Part shown: one piece after another, positions 38,305-51,279 of the stretch
How the letters are laid out: each line of letters starts with the position of its first letter
Position numbering within the stretch: the stretch's first letter is position 1
Assembly: GCA_904063045.1 (NCBI GenBank)
Contig: CAJFCJ010000001.1
Location: 2,666,001 to 2,730,000, forward strand
Reading direction: 5' to 3'
Source: Dimorphilus gyrociliatus
Lineage: Eukaryota > Animalia > Annelida
Length of the DNA stretch: 64,000 nucleotides
Made by a program: the position numbers and the translations under genes
The notes under the pieces: model-generated
Seen by the model: only the letters and a program-made list of their open reading frames with translations
What the model was told of the DNA's origin: nothing
Databases searched by the model: none

Positions 38305-41300
38305 ATGAAAGGCATAATCGTCTTCAATAGTATAAATGATGTTTCATTTATGCACTTGGATAGTGATATTACACTTTACATTAAAAATTTGGCAATAAAA
38401 CAAGGACTACTAAGAGTTTGTAGATTTAAAATTCGACTTGTCACACTTCTCTCTGACCCACGTTTACTTTTAATAAAATGATAGTCTGATGATACCTCAG
38501 CCAGTGTAGATGCTTCAGTCATCACCCAAATATTCTCTCCGTTAGTTCTAATCCAAAGACATTTAACTATAAATGAAAATTTCCCGTACCAGGTAAACTT
38601 TTCCTATTCTTTTTCGTTTTTTATTATTCTGTATTCTTAGTTTCTTTATACTTTGATTTTGTAAAGAATCTATTTAACTTAACGAAGAGGTTTTATTGAA
38701 TTATGAAATCAAACATTGTATTTCTCTATCGTCAGGCATTTGCAAGTCAATCATTTTCGTTCGTTTTTGATCAGGTTCGTATTTTAATCTCAAAGCGTTA
38801 AGAAGCATTCTTTATAAATATATATATATATATATAGATATATACTAATATATACTTGTTCAATAGCTGTATATAATCTTTTTTCTCTTATCAGTTGTTA
38901 GATTATGTTTTTGTTTACATTTCGGCTAACCGAAGTAATTCTGTCGAATCAATACGAAAAAAAATATGCATTCTTCAAAAAATTATTATGATGTTTTGCG
39001 GACCAGTTTTCCAACAGTAATGCTAATTAATCCATTAACTATCTAATTAATGACTTATAATATTCTCTAATCAGTTTAACTCCAAGAAAAGTTAGCGAAA
39101 AGTTAGAAATGTGGAAATTTATTTCAGAATTATTCGATAAGTATGAAGAATTAGCTGAAAAAGATGAAAATTATTATTTGGAGGTAAATAACATTCTATG
39201 GTTTATGAATATAAATATATAAACACAAACTTACATTAGGCCATAGAACGTCTACTACTGAGCGATAATTTACATGGAATGTTTACTAATATTCTTCGGA
39301 AATCATGTCACACTTTGAACAAACTTTGTTCAATTGATATTTCTCATAGTGCATTTTTCTTCGAATCGAAGCTTATATCTTGGTATTCAAAGTGAGTTTA
39401 ACGGTTTTAAAGTTTATTCTTGTTATCATTAATTGAATTATAATTCTAAATTAATTTCTAGAGCGAATGTGAAAAGTCTTGTACCTGGTGATGTTTTAAT
39501 ATTAACAATATTGATAAGAATTCTTCTTGATCAATCGGACTTGGAAACTGTTAGTAGGGTTTCTGTAAGTTGATAATATATAAAATATATAGGAACTGAT
39601 ATCCTGACATTCTATGTTTTTGTATTAAGAGTCAAGATAGTCTGAGAAGATCAGTGGATAAAAATTCAATTAATGAAAGTCATAATCAACACCAAAATCG
39701 TCTAAATAGTTTATTAGGCAAAATTCTAAAATCGCCAATACTCTCACCAACATCCTTTTTGACTAGAAGTGCATCATCATCTTTCAGCTTGCCAAAAAGT
39801 GACTGGGATTCTAGTCATTACGAAGGATATCACAGTTTTACTGTCATGCTTGATCATAGACCGGAATCTAGATATACTCCATACACTGCATTCATTCTGC
39901 AGTTCTTTCCAGGTTTAACAGCAATGTTTCTTGGTGAAGTAGGTAACGATTTAATTATTATATTCATAGAGTTTATATTTTCATATTTAAGGCTTCAAAT
40001 TCTCATCATTCCACTCTTCTATGTAAAACTTTAAACATTCTACGAAATATTTATAAGAGCAACATTGTTGAGGGTCGATCATGCTTTTACGTTCTTCGTA
40101 GAAACATTGCAAATATTGTGAAAATAGCCACTGAAAATAAGGTTCTTATTTATTTACCCATATTGAACTGAATTTAATTGCGTATATCCTATTTCTTTTA
40201 TCTTTAGAAATTACTCAACATATCTGTAATAATTGATCAAATGTGGAAAAATTTAATACAAAATGGTATATATGATTATTTAATTATCAAAAATAAAGAA
40301 GATAGACAACCTTATCAAAGCAGGTTTAAATTTATTGTCTTTTAAGTTTTAATAATCTCGGTGAAAAAATGATTATTAATTAATAATAATATTTTCTGTT
40401 TAGGATAGAATCGTCTTTGATAGTTCTTATAACTAAAATAAGAGAACTTTTTAGAATAATGTACCTTTTACCGATAAAAGTTAATAAAAGAACATATGAG
40501 AAAGTTGAAGAAGCTATGTTGGCTACCTATGCTAATTGTTGTCAAGAAACAAACGACTACTTTGAATATTTAGCAGTAAAATCTTCTAGAAATTTAAGCA
40601 TATCACAGTAAGATAACAAAAATTTATGATAAAAATTATAATACGAAAATTACATATTTGCAGTTTTAATGTCAATTATCCAGGCCTCGTAAATTTTTGG
40701 CACATTGATAGAACGTCTAATGTTGTTGTTAGCCCTTCTTTAAGATATGATTTAGAAAGAATTGATCTCCAAATAGATGAATCATTTGTCGTTAAACTTG
40801 ATGATTTAAACTTAATTCGAAAGACTCTAAATCAACTCTGGTTAGAAGTTCGATGTGGAAATATGAAATGGAATAGTATGGACGAAAAGTTTTATTACAA
40901 CTATACACTCTGGTTCGAAGATGGCATGGTTTGACAACAAGTTTCGTAATAATAGATTAAAAAGTATACTGATATATTTCTTTGCACTTAGGGGCGTCGA
41001 TTGTATCCGGATGAAAATTCCTTATTCAATGGTATCTTTGACGGATCGCTTCCTAGCGTTCTCGGAAATAATTTCTATCAGTTTGTTTACTTTCATCACT
41101 TCTTATTATATCTATTTTTAAAGATCCTACTTACTTTATTTTTTCTTTAGCTATTTAATTCAACATTGCTTTCCAAGGGTTGAGCATTTATCCATCAAGT
41201 GCTATGAGCAAATTACAATACACGCACGCCCACTGGTTACTCTCATGGACTCAAAAATACAACATGGGGAAATTGGGAAACGACTTGTTAGTGAAGATAT

Positions 41301-41334
41301 ATTAGAGAGAAAAAAAATTAGTCTTCTGCGATGA
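38305..41334 (+). CDS. HPS1: BLOC-3 subunit HPS1 (Hermansky-Pudlak syndrome 1 homolog)
   Basis: About 13 short exons, mostly missed by the ORF track, join in frame. Landmarks: MKGIIVFNSINDVSF, QIFSPLVLIQR, YLE-AIERL, SKLISWYSK, YPGLVNFWHIDRT, GNNFY, KCYEQITIH and RLVSEDILERKKISLLR*. These match HPS1 as I recall it. Confidence 0.85.
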
Positions 41335-41608
41335 ATTAAGGAGATGAAAGAGACGCTTAACGACAATGAAAATTCAATATATTTCTTTTTGTACAAGGGA
41401 CTGCAGCTTTTCATTTCATGAATTATCTACTTAAGGTTCTATTCAAGTAGTTAATAATAGGTTGGGAAATTTTGTCTAGAAAGGATAGCTAATATTAGTG
41501 CACATTGCTTTTCCCATGACATTTCAGAAAAAAAATACATATTCTTTATTACAATTTAACAACTCAAACTTAAACATTAAACACAGTTTTTTTCAAAAAC
41601 ATCGACAA

Positions 41609-43260
41609 CTATAGTAAGTCATAAAAATAATCAAGTCCCTGTCCAATCTCCCAGATTGAAATACCAGTATTTAATTCTCGTGCAAGGTCAATACGCATTA
41701 AAATTGACTTTAACGTCGGATAATAGACGGTATGTTCTCCAATTCCAGTTCTAAAATAAATTTGAAGTTACCTATAAATTAATAAGATATTATACAAACA
41801 AAAATATGTTACCTATAGCTGAAATGATGCTCTGCATATTCAGAATTCCAATGCAATTTAGGTTTATATTTACTAATGATATCAATATACTGCGATCCAA
41901 TTATTGGTCCACCGCTACCCGTTACAAAGTCAAAACCATAAAAATTTAATCCTAAAAGAATTTTTTTGCGAAGCTCTGATGAAGGATCAGGTACGAGACT
42001 TTCGACACAAGCTTTCATCTAATTAATATTCGATAAATCAACAAGGGCTTTTCTAAACTTAAGTAATTTATTATTTACCCATTGTAAAGGACTGTTTGGT
42101 CCAGGTCTAGAAGGTGTCGAAAAATCATATGTCATTAAACTGACTGCATCAACTGACTGGGATAACTTTTGAAAGTCATCTTTAGATATCATTCCGGGGG
42201 CATTGCTGTAAAAATAATTATACAATCTCTATTTAAAAATATTGATAATTAAAATATTAGATTGATGACATACTTGCTTAATAATGGAGGAGGTATTACA
42301 ACCACAAATAATTTCTTATTCTTTCTTAATTCTTTACCAATGTGTTCAATAACATGCAGTAATTCCCTGAGATGATAACTAGTTAATATCTTTGGAGATT
42401 TATAAAAGCAAATCTTAAACCTACTCTCTCCTGTGCCCTCCTAATTGAGACCAAAGTTCCAGAACAATTCCATGAAACCTATTGGACTATTATAAAACAA
42501 GCATAGTCAATACATAAATTTCTGTTGAATATAAAAGACACTCTTACTTTAACAAACTTAGCAATTGTTTCTGCGCATTCTTCAACTTCATCCTCAGACG
42601 AAAATAAACGATGAAAATCTTCGCCACTCCATCCATCAAATAAAAGTCTAGGTAACATTTTAACAGGCTTATTTTTTGTGACATCTTTTATCCAACTTTT
42701 ATCAATATCATGGCCTCCTTCTATTACGTAACTTTGAACTCCTCTACGTTTTAATTGTAACCATACAGGTGCCACATATGAAAACTTCTTGCTAAAGATT
42801 TTTGCAATATCATAGCCCCGATTATTCCACTATGAAAATACCGTATAAGATTATTATAAAGGAGATAAAAACAGGAAAATTTAAACTTACAGGTGTAACG
42901 TAACCTAAAGTTAATCCTTTAAAATTTTTCAACTCTCTTTCAACATCGCAATATGAACGATATTCTTTAACTATATCTTTCGTTTTCATACGATCGGAAA
43001 CAAAACCTCTTTTAATAACATTTTGTGTTGATAACTTAATCTATGATACATAAAAGTATAATGCAAACTAAAATATGGTTAATTTAAATTTTACCTTATC
43101 GTGGTCTTTTTTACGTTTGTCCTTATCGTTCTTACTTAACGTTCCTAAAGCCGAATACGTACAAATCACCGAAAAGAATAATAAGGAATAAGTCTGTTTT
43201 GGGAAAAAAAGTTAAATGCCTTTGTTGCATAATAATAGAGATCACCCGTTTATCGACCAT
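41609..43260 (-). CDS. CHID1: Chitinase domain-containing protein 1 (GH18-like)
   Basis: Start MVDKR, an intron of about 53 nt, then a signal peptide. Motifs [28 protein letters not shown] and PGPNSPLQW are present. It ends [17 protein letters not shown], the conserved CHID1 terminus. Confidence 0.95.
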
Positions 43261-43639
43261 ATAAAAGATAAACAATTCATAAAAGAGCAATATTTAAATA
43301 TTTTGTACAATTTATAATATTATACTTAAACTAACTAGATTATTGATTTTCATCTCATAAATATTTGCTATTTAACACCAAGTCGCACTGTTCAAAGGCC
43401 GCAACAAAAGTAGGATCACTGGAAGTACGTGTATGGACACCGTATATCAGACGCGTTACACTCTCGCTATTCTTTTAAAACGCGCCAATATTCATAGAGT
43501 TCCAAATTGAACAAACCGTTATAAGTACTCAATAATGTCATGTTGATTTATATAAATGTTTTATTATTAAAGATATTTTAAAACTATTTTATCACTTTAT
43601 AAAGTTAAAGAGGTTTTATTCTTAATTTGTCAGCAAACA

Positions 43640-43657
43640 GTAGCGACATCTTCTGCG
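43640..43657 (-). promoter_or_regulatory. CTCF-like motif (CGCAGAAGATGTCGCTAC) in the CHID1/MCPH1 divergent promoter
   Basis: AGATGTCGCTA core. Motif match only. Confidence 0.35.
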
Positions 43658-43926
43658 CACTTACATTTTCGAACGCGAAACAGTTAGGAGAGAACGGTCA
43701 AAACATGGCGCTCGCTTATATTTTCTACTAACATAGTAATTTCTAAAGCATCAGTGATCGATCTCAAGGAATTTCAACTACAAATCTTCTAACTTTCAGC
43801 AAGTAAGTAAAATATATAAATAATGTATTCTATTCAAAACTAAAGTCATATTAAAAATTCGATAGCGCTTTTATCGCTCAGTCTAGGTTTTATGATCGCA
43901 TTACTTCCAGTAGCCTTGATGTAGGA

Positions 43927-46900
43927 ATGGCCTCGAAAGTTGTTGATGAAAATTTGATACTAAATTTTGGAGATCTGCCCTCAGAAGGCGAAGTCTTTAG
44001 GCAAAAAATTGTTTTTGTTGATGTTGGTTCTGATGAACACGAATGGCGAGAAGTATGCAAATTTATAGCTTCTTTAGGAGCCACGCTGATAAGTCGTGTT
44101 ACGGATTGTGTAGATTTTTGTGTGTTTAAAGATGGTAGTAAGACAACGTGGGATGCCTGTAGTAAATACAGCGTACCTCGAGTCAGAGTTACATATGTTA
44201 TGGAATGTAAAATGCTTAATTTTCTTGTTGATATGGACGATTTTCTTTCACCATCGCCTTATCAAGAAGAAGAAGCTGTTCAGGAAAAACTTCCTTCACC
44301 TGCTGTCAGGTACCGGTTTTCACCTACTAGGGCTTGTTCGCCTTTAAAAAGCGATGAAGAACTTGAAGAGTTAGACGTTGTAATGAGACGGCATATGGAA
44401 CGAAAGTCTTTACAAAATGTTCAAAAAAGTCTCTTAAATTTTGATGTTGCTTCAACACCCGAGCCAATTGCATGTTCATCAATAAGAAGAGATAACCCTA
44501 TGAAAAGTCGAGTAGACGATGATTTAACTCCTAGAGATGTTAAGGATAGCATGGATAAATCAGAGGAGGACTTGTTTAAAGACAGCGAAAATGAACATGA
44601 TGTTGAAACTACTTTAAATACAAGAAGAAATGCAAAGAAGTCATATAAAAAGTTTTTTAATGATAGTGACCTTAGAGGTGATAAGTCCGATGACAATGGA
44701 GTTGAAAATTCTGATAGTCCTTCCGAAAAAAAATTATGTAGTTGGCGAAATCGTGATAGAGAGATTGATTATTCAAAAAAAATATTTCCAAAAGTCGAAC
44801 AAAATAAAGACAGTTCTGATAAAGAAGCTGAGGACGAAGATGATGAACTGTCATCATTTATTAATCCTTTTGATGGAGACTTTGAAGATTCATTAGATGA
44901 TGATCCAAAAAGAAAAAGCTTTACCCATAGAAGAGTCGTTCGAATGCAGAATTCCCAGCTCTTGACTTCTTCGCCCATTTGTGATGAAGAGGAGCTGAGA
45001 ATTGAAAATCTGAGAAATTTAGGTAAATTGCGATGTGATAAAGTGAATGTTATAATTCCTAAGCAAAAATCTCAAAGACGTAAACGAGTCGTAAAAAAGT
45101 CTGAAACAAAGAAAGAAAAAGCCTCTAAAAAAAAAAGTGATGATTTATCTTCCAACAGAACAAAAATTAGAAAAAGAAAAGAAACACTATCTGGTCCTCC
45201 GAAGGAATATCGACGTATTTTAAATGCAAAGAAACATGACATGTCAATCTATGACTTTCCTAATACACAATCTTCCTCTCAACAAACAGAACAACTCGTA
45301 TTCAAGAAATCTTCAGATAATGACGAATGCCAGCCAAAAAATATTCCAAAAGAAAATAACACTTCAAATCCAAATTCGCCTGAAAGAGAAAATTCAGTGA
45401 AAGAGAGTGTACGCGATACTCCCGCATTAAAAACAACAAGCTCTGAAATAATTAATGAGGAAGAATCAGATACCGATTTTTTCCCAAGCCAATTAGCTGA
45501 ATCGATATCAATAAAGGATCATAGAAAATCCCGCAAAAATGGAACGCTTTGTGCCCCAGTGAAAACAGATTCTACTACATTCCTCTGCGAAACTTCAAAA
45601 AATATTAAAACAGAAGAAAACAATGATTCTTCAAGTGAAGACTTTTGGTCTTCCCAATTGTGTCGCAGCTTATCCTCTAATTCAGTTAAGAAGTCAAGAA
45701 GAAATGGAACATTGTGCTCTAATAATACTAAAACGGCAAAAAAAGCAAGAAAAAGTATTGAACAGGCATCTGCACTAGAAAAAATAGCAGCCGTGATAGC
45801 CGAAACTGATAATTTCCTTTACGAATCTTCTGAAAGGGAAAACAAACTAAAATCTAATAAGCCTAATACACGCAAACGGGCCTCTAATACTTTATTGACC
45901 TCCAAGTCACCAAAGTCAACGAGATGCGAAACTGTAAATTCTTTAAAAGAATCTATGCATAATGAACAAATTTTGAATGAGGCTATACAGCCAACAAAAG
46001 CGAAAACTTCACCAAATAATAAAAGTAAAAAGCAAACAGCACAGCAAAGACGTCGATCCAATCGTATTAAATCTTCTGCGGAAGAAATTTTATCTTCTGC
46101 GGACAATGAAAAGAATGAAGCAACACTTTTTAAAGTTCCTCTTGCTAAAAAATCTAATAAAGCTGCTAAATCATCAAAATTGCCAGTTCCGTGTTCACAC
46201 TCAGGAAATTCTTCTAATGACGAAAATTATAGTTCAGAAAATAACAAAATTTCAAGTTTTAAAACATCAAAAATAGCTGTGAGGCGATCAACTAGATCGG
46301 CAACATCTAATCGAACGTTAAACTCAGGTACTTCTACCAACAGTACGACTTCCGCAAGTTCATTAACTGTAAAAAAAGATAATGTAAGCAAAAATGAAAA
46401 TGTGAATTTGCCGCGAAAGACAAACGTAAAATCAAAAAAAGACGAAATCTGCTCTTCAGATGAAGGAATGGATTTTAAAAAGTCGAGCAAATTGAGTCAG
46501 GCAGACTCGCTAAATGTAAAATTGATAAAAAGAAGGAAGAGGCAAACAATTTCAACACCTCCATCTCATTCTTTGAAATATACCAAGAGAAATGTTGTAT
46601 TTAGCTCATGTAACTCGAAACAACAGCAACTCTTTGCTAAAGCCTTAGAAAGACTTGGAAAATTCACTTTGAAAAAAAGTTTAACTAGCAAAAATGATAT
46701 CTTGGTTTTAGGAAATAATAAAAGAACATTAAAAGTAATACAAGCAACAATATCAGGTTGCATGATAGTATCCTTTGATTGGATAGAAAAATCACTTTTA
46801 AATTGTAGTTGGTTGGACTTGGAGACATTTGAAACTAAAGAACTGTTTCAAACAGCCTCAAAAGTTAGATGTGGTATTTTTAAGCTGAATCTCCTATTTC

Positions 46901-47130
46901 AAAAAGTTGGTAAGATATTCATTGCTGATGATACACAACCTGATAAAGTTGAACTGGTTAAACTAATAAAATCATGCGGTGGATCTGTAACAGAAATTCG
47001 TAGCAATGCGAAAGTAATAATAGGAACAAAGAATACAAAAGGCAAATTAAATGGATTATCACCAACTTGGGCTATAGATTCTATTATGGCTAATAAACTA
47101 ATGGCTGTAGGTTCAGAATATATTTTGTAA
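43927..47130 (+). CDS. MCPH1: Microcephalin-like BRCT protein, intronless CDS
   Basis: 1067 aa. N-terminal BRCT (LGATLISRVTD..CVFKDGSKTTW), a long Ser/Lys-rich disordered middle and tandem C-terminal BRCTs (VVFSSC, RTLKVIQATISGCMIVSFDWI, LSPTWAIDSI). A 5'-UTR intron lies at about 43803-43865. Confidence 0.85.
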   Translation: MASKVVDENLILNFGDLPSEGEVFRQKIVFVDVGSDEHEWREVCKFIASLGATLISRVTDCVDFCVFKDGSKTTWDACSKYSVPRVRVTYVMECKMLNFLVDMDDFLSPSPYQEEEAVQEKLPSPAVRYRFSPTRACSPLKSDEELEELDVVMRRHMERKSLQNVQKSLLNFDVASTPEPIACSSIRRDNPMKSRVDDDLTPRDVKDSMDKSEEDLFKDSENEHDVETTLNTRRNAKKSYKKFFNDSDLRGDKSDDNGVENSDSPSEKKLCSWRNRDREIDYSKKIFPKVEQNKDSSDKEAEDEDDELSSFINPFDGDFEDSLDDDPKRKSFTHRRVVRMQNSQLLTSSPICDEEELRIENLRNLGKLRCDKVNVIIPKQKSQRRKRVVKKSETKKEKASKKKSDDLSSNRTKIRKRKETLSGPPKEYRRILNAKKHDMSIYDFPNTQSSSQQTEQLVFKKSSDNDECQPKNIPKENNTSNPNSPERENSVKESVRDTPALKTTSSEIINEEESDTDFFPSQLAESISIKDHRKSRKNGTLCAPVKTDSTTFLCETSKNIKTEENNDSSSEDFWSSQLCRSLSSNSVKKSRRNGTLCSNNTKTAKKARKSIEQASALEKIAAVIAETDNFLYESSERENKLKSNKPNTRKRASNTLLTSKSPKSTRCETVNSLKESMHNEQILNEAIQPTKAKTSPNNKSKKQTAQQRRRSNRIKSSAEEILSSADNEKNEATLFKVPLAKKSNKAAKSSKLPVPCSHSGNSSNDENYSSENNKISSFKTSKIAVRRSTRSATSNRTLNSGTSTNSTTSASSLTVKKDNVSKNENVNLPRKTNVKSKKDEICSSDEGMDFKKSSKLSQADSLNVKLIKRRKRQTISTPPSHSLKYTKRNVVFSSCNSKQQQLFAKALERLGKFTLKKSLTSKNDILVLGNNKRTLKVIQATISGCMIVSFDWIEKSLLNCSWLDLETFETKELFQTASKVRCGIFKLNLLFQKVGKIFIADDTQPDKVELVKLIKSCGGSVTEIRSNAKVIIGTKNTKGKLNGLSPTWAIDSIMANKLMAVGSEYIL

Positions 47131-47509
47131 GTGATTTTTACATGAGATTGAATATTTTTTGCTAAATTTAGTTGTGTTAGATGATAGATCTACATTTCGG
47201 TTCAACACTTTGAAGAGACTCGATATTAACTCAGAATTGACTTAAAATCAATTTTGTATCGAAATCTATATACTGTTGTATAAGTATGGTATAATTTTGT
47301 TATAGCTTTTTTCTATAAAGCCTTCTTCTATGTCTTCGAAATTCTGATATTTTATCTAAATTCGCTAAAGAGTCTAATTCAAGAAAGTTGACATTATATT
47401 ATTAAACTTTTGCAATAAAACGTTTTAAAGCAAGATTGAGATTGACAAAATTATGTTCAATCAATAGCTACTAAAGGTCATCTAAACTAACAAATTTAAC
47501 AAATACTTC

Positions 47510-48493
47510 TTATACTGCCTGGAGAGAATCGTAAGGTAAATTTCTTGAACGACAAGGAAAAAAGTATGTCCAGAAAGGTCCTGGTCCACAAACATCTGAT
47601 AGTGCGTTTGGTACCGTTTTTGTTGCTGGCAGAGAGCTCAGCGGGATGAATCCAGCAGCACCCATTTGCATTGTTTCGATTGTAGTTTTATCAGCTACTA
47701 CTAGGAGTATCTGCGAAATAAACAAAGCTAAACATGCACAGCCCATGAAGACTCCCATACACATCAGTACTGCTATGTAATAATTCTGATAGATATATAG
47801 GGAGTCATCGTCGTCGTAGACTTCTCTTTCAGGTAGGACGCAAAGGTGAAGAAAAGCAGTTAAGAAACTTGTTCCGCTTAACAAAACAGCATAAAATAAC
47901 AATTGAAGAAATGCAAACTGGGACATGATTCATATTAATAGCAATATTTTATGGATTCCCTTTTATTTTGTAAAGGCGAATAAATGATTTTACTTTATAT
48001 TTTCTAAAATTTATAAGTTAACTTATTTTGCTACGAGTTTCTTATATAAATCACGTCCCTGATTAGCTTCGCCAACGCAATTATTTATCCAAGGACAATG
48101 ATGATCCATTTTCAAAACGCATTGTTTACATCTTTTACAGTGATGTGCCCTATCGGGCCTTCTCTTCTGACATTTGTCGCAGTATGTCTTTGGTTGAGTC
48201 GGTACTTCAATTGAAATTGAGCTATGTTCAATAAGTTTACTCTCTGGTTCATAAAATTGAGAATCTGGTACTTTTCCTGGATTCGTCATTGTAGCTCTAA
48301 ATAAACTTAAAATGCAAAACAATGAAATAGTACAAAACATTGCGATTGATAGTAAGGAGACATGGTTCTCCTTATAGTGAGGAATTAAAATAACAAATAA
48401 AGTACTCCAAGAGCCGTAGATCCAATATGCTATAATAAAGCTCATATGTAGTAACCCCTGAAGATCGCAATTAAATTTAATATTCCTAATCAT
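47510..48493 (-). CDS. ZDHHC21: DHHC palmitoyltransferase ZDHHC21-like
   Basis: [57 protein letters not shown], then FAFLQLLFY and a TTIE motif. Two coding exons are separated by an unusual intron (about 47918-48058). Confidence 0.85.
47921..48058. mobile_element. MITE-like element forming the ZDHHC21 intron (Introner-like)
   Basis: Terminal inverted repeats GGACATGATTCATATTA / GGACGTGATTTATATAA (14/17 match). Flanked by a direct CTG (CAG on the gene strand) at 47918-47920 and 48059-48061. AT-rich interior with an in-frame stop. Confidence 0.65.
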
Positions 48494-49363
48494 GATTAGT
48501 TGTAAAGATGAAATTGTATCTAAATTTTACGCAAATCTCGATGGTTACGATTGTTGATTCTAATCGAAAGCCGCTTAAACTGGTATTCTTTTCCTAAATG
48601 TCTTGGTGAAAGATTCAAAAACTTTTCAATTCGTTGTTCCTTCACTGCGATTATTTTGGAGGTGGAACACTATACCTAGCAGTCAACGTGACAATAATCA
48701 TTGTATGTTATCGAAGTAAACATATGCAGGTCGATTCGATAAATACACTGTTTTTTATTTTATAAAGTTACAGCTCATGAAAAAAAGCATTATAAAAGTG
48801 ATTATGAATAGTGATAAACTTTATTATAGTTGATAAATTAATTATGCTAGTAAAACTTAGATCTGGACGCTTATTTGAGACATTGACATTTAAATATTTT
48901 TGTTAAACGGTTAACAGTAATATTTGAAAAATAACAAAATAGTTAATCCTTATGTAACTATGAAGAGATCAATACACGAATGCCAGTTGTCACGGGCAAA
49001 CGACAATCGATCAGTTTTTTGAAAATTCGAAATATGTTACCCTTGAAAAAATACAAATTGACAAGTTATTGGAAAAGTAAAACGGGAATATTTATAATAA
49101 AAGCAGGCTATAAATATCAGATAATGCAAAAATTTATATTCGGGGAGGGGAGCAAAGGTTATTTCTAAAACGATTTCGATTCGATATATCTACAAGCAAT
49201 ATCGGTATTATCGATTTAATAGAACATTCAAATATAGCGTTTGGAAAGTATATTTGGCTTTTTATGTTCGACTGTGAAAAGGATCACAGAAGTAGCGGTG
49301 TTCACTGTGTTCAGCAGTGATAAAACATTGTTTATCGTCTGCTGAGCGATTCTATATGAGGCA

Positions 49364-51279
49364 ATGGAAGAGAGAATTATTGAATCTGCAGAGTCTGATG
49401 ACCACCTTTCAGAATCTGGAGTTGAAGAAGATCACCGTCAGCCATCAGTTCACTTATTTACAAGACGGATTCTTTGTTTGGGACTGAAAACGATCTCAAT
49501 GGTTCTACTGTATTATTCTTTTTCAATCTCTTTGACTTTCTATAATAAAAAACTAATGACGGTAAAGGATGCTTTAAACTTTTCCAAAATTCACTGATAA
49601 CATCACTTATGATCTCCATACAGGACTCTAAACTTGGTTTATCAATAACGATGGTTCATTTGATTACGAAGCTTGTGCTGAGTTGCCTCGTTAGGCTAAT
49701 ATACACTTGTTATACAGGCATTCAAAGAGTAATAGTTCCTTGCTCTGAAAATTTTAAGAGAATATGCCCGCCCGGTTATTGTCTATTTTTTTTCCCTTTT
49801 CTTTATTGTAGGATAAACGACAATTACGTAATGAGATAAACTAACCACGTTTATTCTGCCTATGGCACGCATATTGAAAGTCTTATTTTGAATTTATTAA
49901 ATTGTTTATTTTCTTTTTGTTAGGTATTGCCAGCTCTCTTGACATAGGTTTCTCAAATTGGGGCCTTGAATACGTTACTGTTTCCTTGTAAGTTATATTT
50001 ATAATATTAAATATTCTATACATATATAACATACATAGAGATGAAACAAAAAAAGCATAGAATGTTTATGAAAAGATCAATAAAAAATCTCTTTTAAGAA
50101 GGATTTTCAAATATTAATCAATGTTTAAATGATTTTTCTTATCTCAACAGATATACAATGACCAAATCTACAGCAATTATTTTTATCCTTATATTTTCTA
50201 TTATTTTCAACTTGGAAAAGCCAGTAATAACTATTAATTTGTACTATTTCCTTTATAAACTTCTACAAAATGTTCGTTTATTTCTAATTTTTAGAGAAAA
50301 TCAATTGTGGTTGTTGTTATATTAATATCTGTTGGCTTGTTCCTGTTTACATTTGAATTGACTCAATTTTCGCTTTTGGGATTTTCACTTGTTCTTTCTG
50401 CATCATGTTTAAGTGGTATTCGTTGGACATTAGCTCAACTTGTCATGCAGAGATCGTCGTTAGGTAAAAACTTTACTATACAATTCTTACATCTCACTTT
50501 TACTATTCAAATGGTTTAAAATAGTAATCAACAGATGTTTTGACACTTTTGACTCGATCTTTAAAATCTATTATCTATAGGCCTACCTAATCCAATTGAT
50601 ATGATCTACTATATTCAACCGTGGATGATTATGGCCCTTTTTCCTTTGCTATGCGCAGTTGAAGGTATGAAATTTCTTAATTCTAATGAGTTTCTTTGTT
50701 ATAATCATTCTTATGTTTATCAGGAAACCATTTAATTAAGATACTTAAAAGCCTCTTTAGTGACAAATTTGGTGTGGGTGAATGCTTTCGTCAATTTGGT
50801 CTCGTTTTTGCTGGTGCTCTTTTAGCATTCGCAATGGAATGCAGCGAATACCTATTATTATCATCAACGTCTAGTCTAACTTTATCCATATCGGGCATAT
50901 TTAAAGTAATTTGATTTTAGTAAATGATCTATATGAAGAATCAATTCTTTCAAATTTTTTCCAGGAAATCATTACCTTAACTCTTGCTGCCCTTATAAAT
51001 AATGATAAGTTAAATCCCATAAATATTACAGGCCTTGTTATGTGCCTTTTTGGAATTATCTTTCATATAAGTATTAAAGCTCAAAAAGAAGGTATAAACA
51101 CCTAATTGTTTAATTAGATAAAAAATAAACAATTTTTTAATTTCTGCTTAGCTCGAAACCAATTAAGAAGCCAAAGTACAGATAGTGCTGAATCGAGTCC
51201 AGCAAAGAAGGAAGACGTTTTACGGTCACTTTTACGAAACTCAAGGACTATTAGTGAATCTAGTTATACATTTGAGTGA
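49364..51279 (+). CDS. SLC35C2: Solute carrier family 35 member C2 (nucleotide-sugar transporter family)
   Basis: Eight exons join in frame. Motifs SISLTFYNK, LDIGFSNWGLEYVTVSLYTMTKST, SGIRWTLAQ, LPNPIDMIYYIQP and SSLTLSISGIFKE are present. Confidence 0.92.

Noticed and set aside
43193-43245. Apparent frameshift in a T-run at the CHID1 N-terminus
   Set aside because: It is explained by a normal GT-AG intron after MVDKR; the T-run is the polypyrimidine tract.
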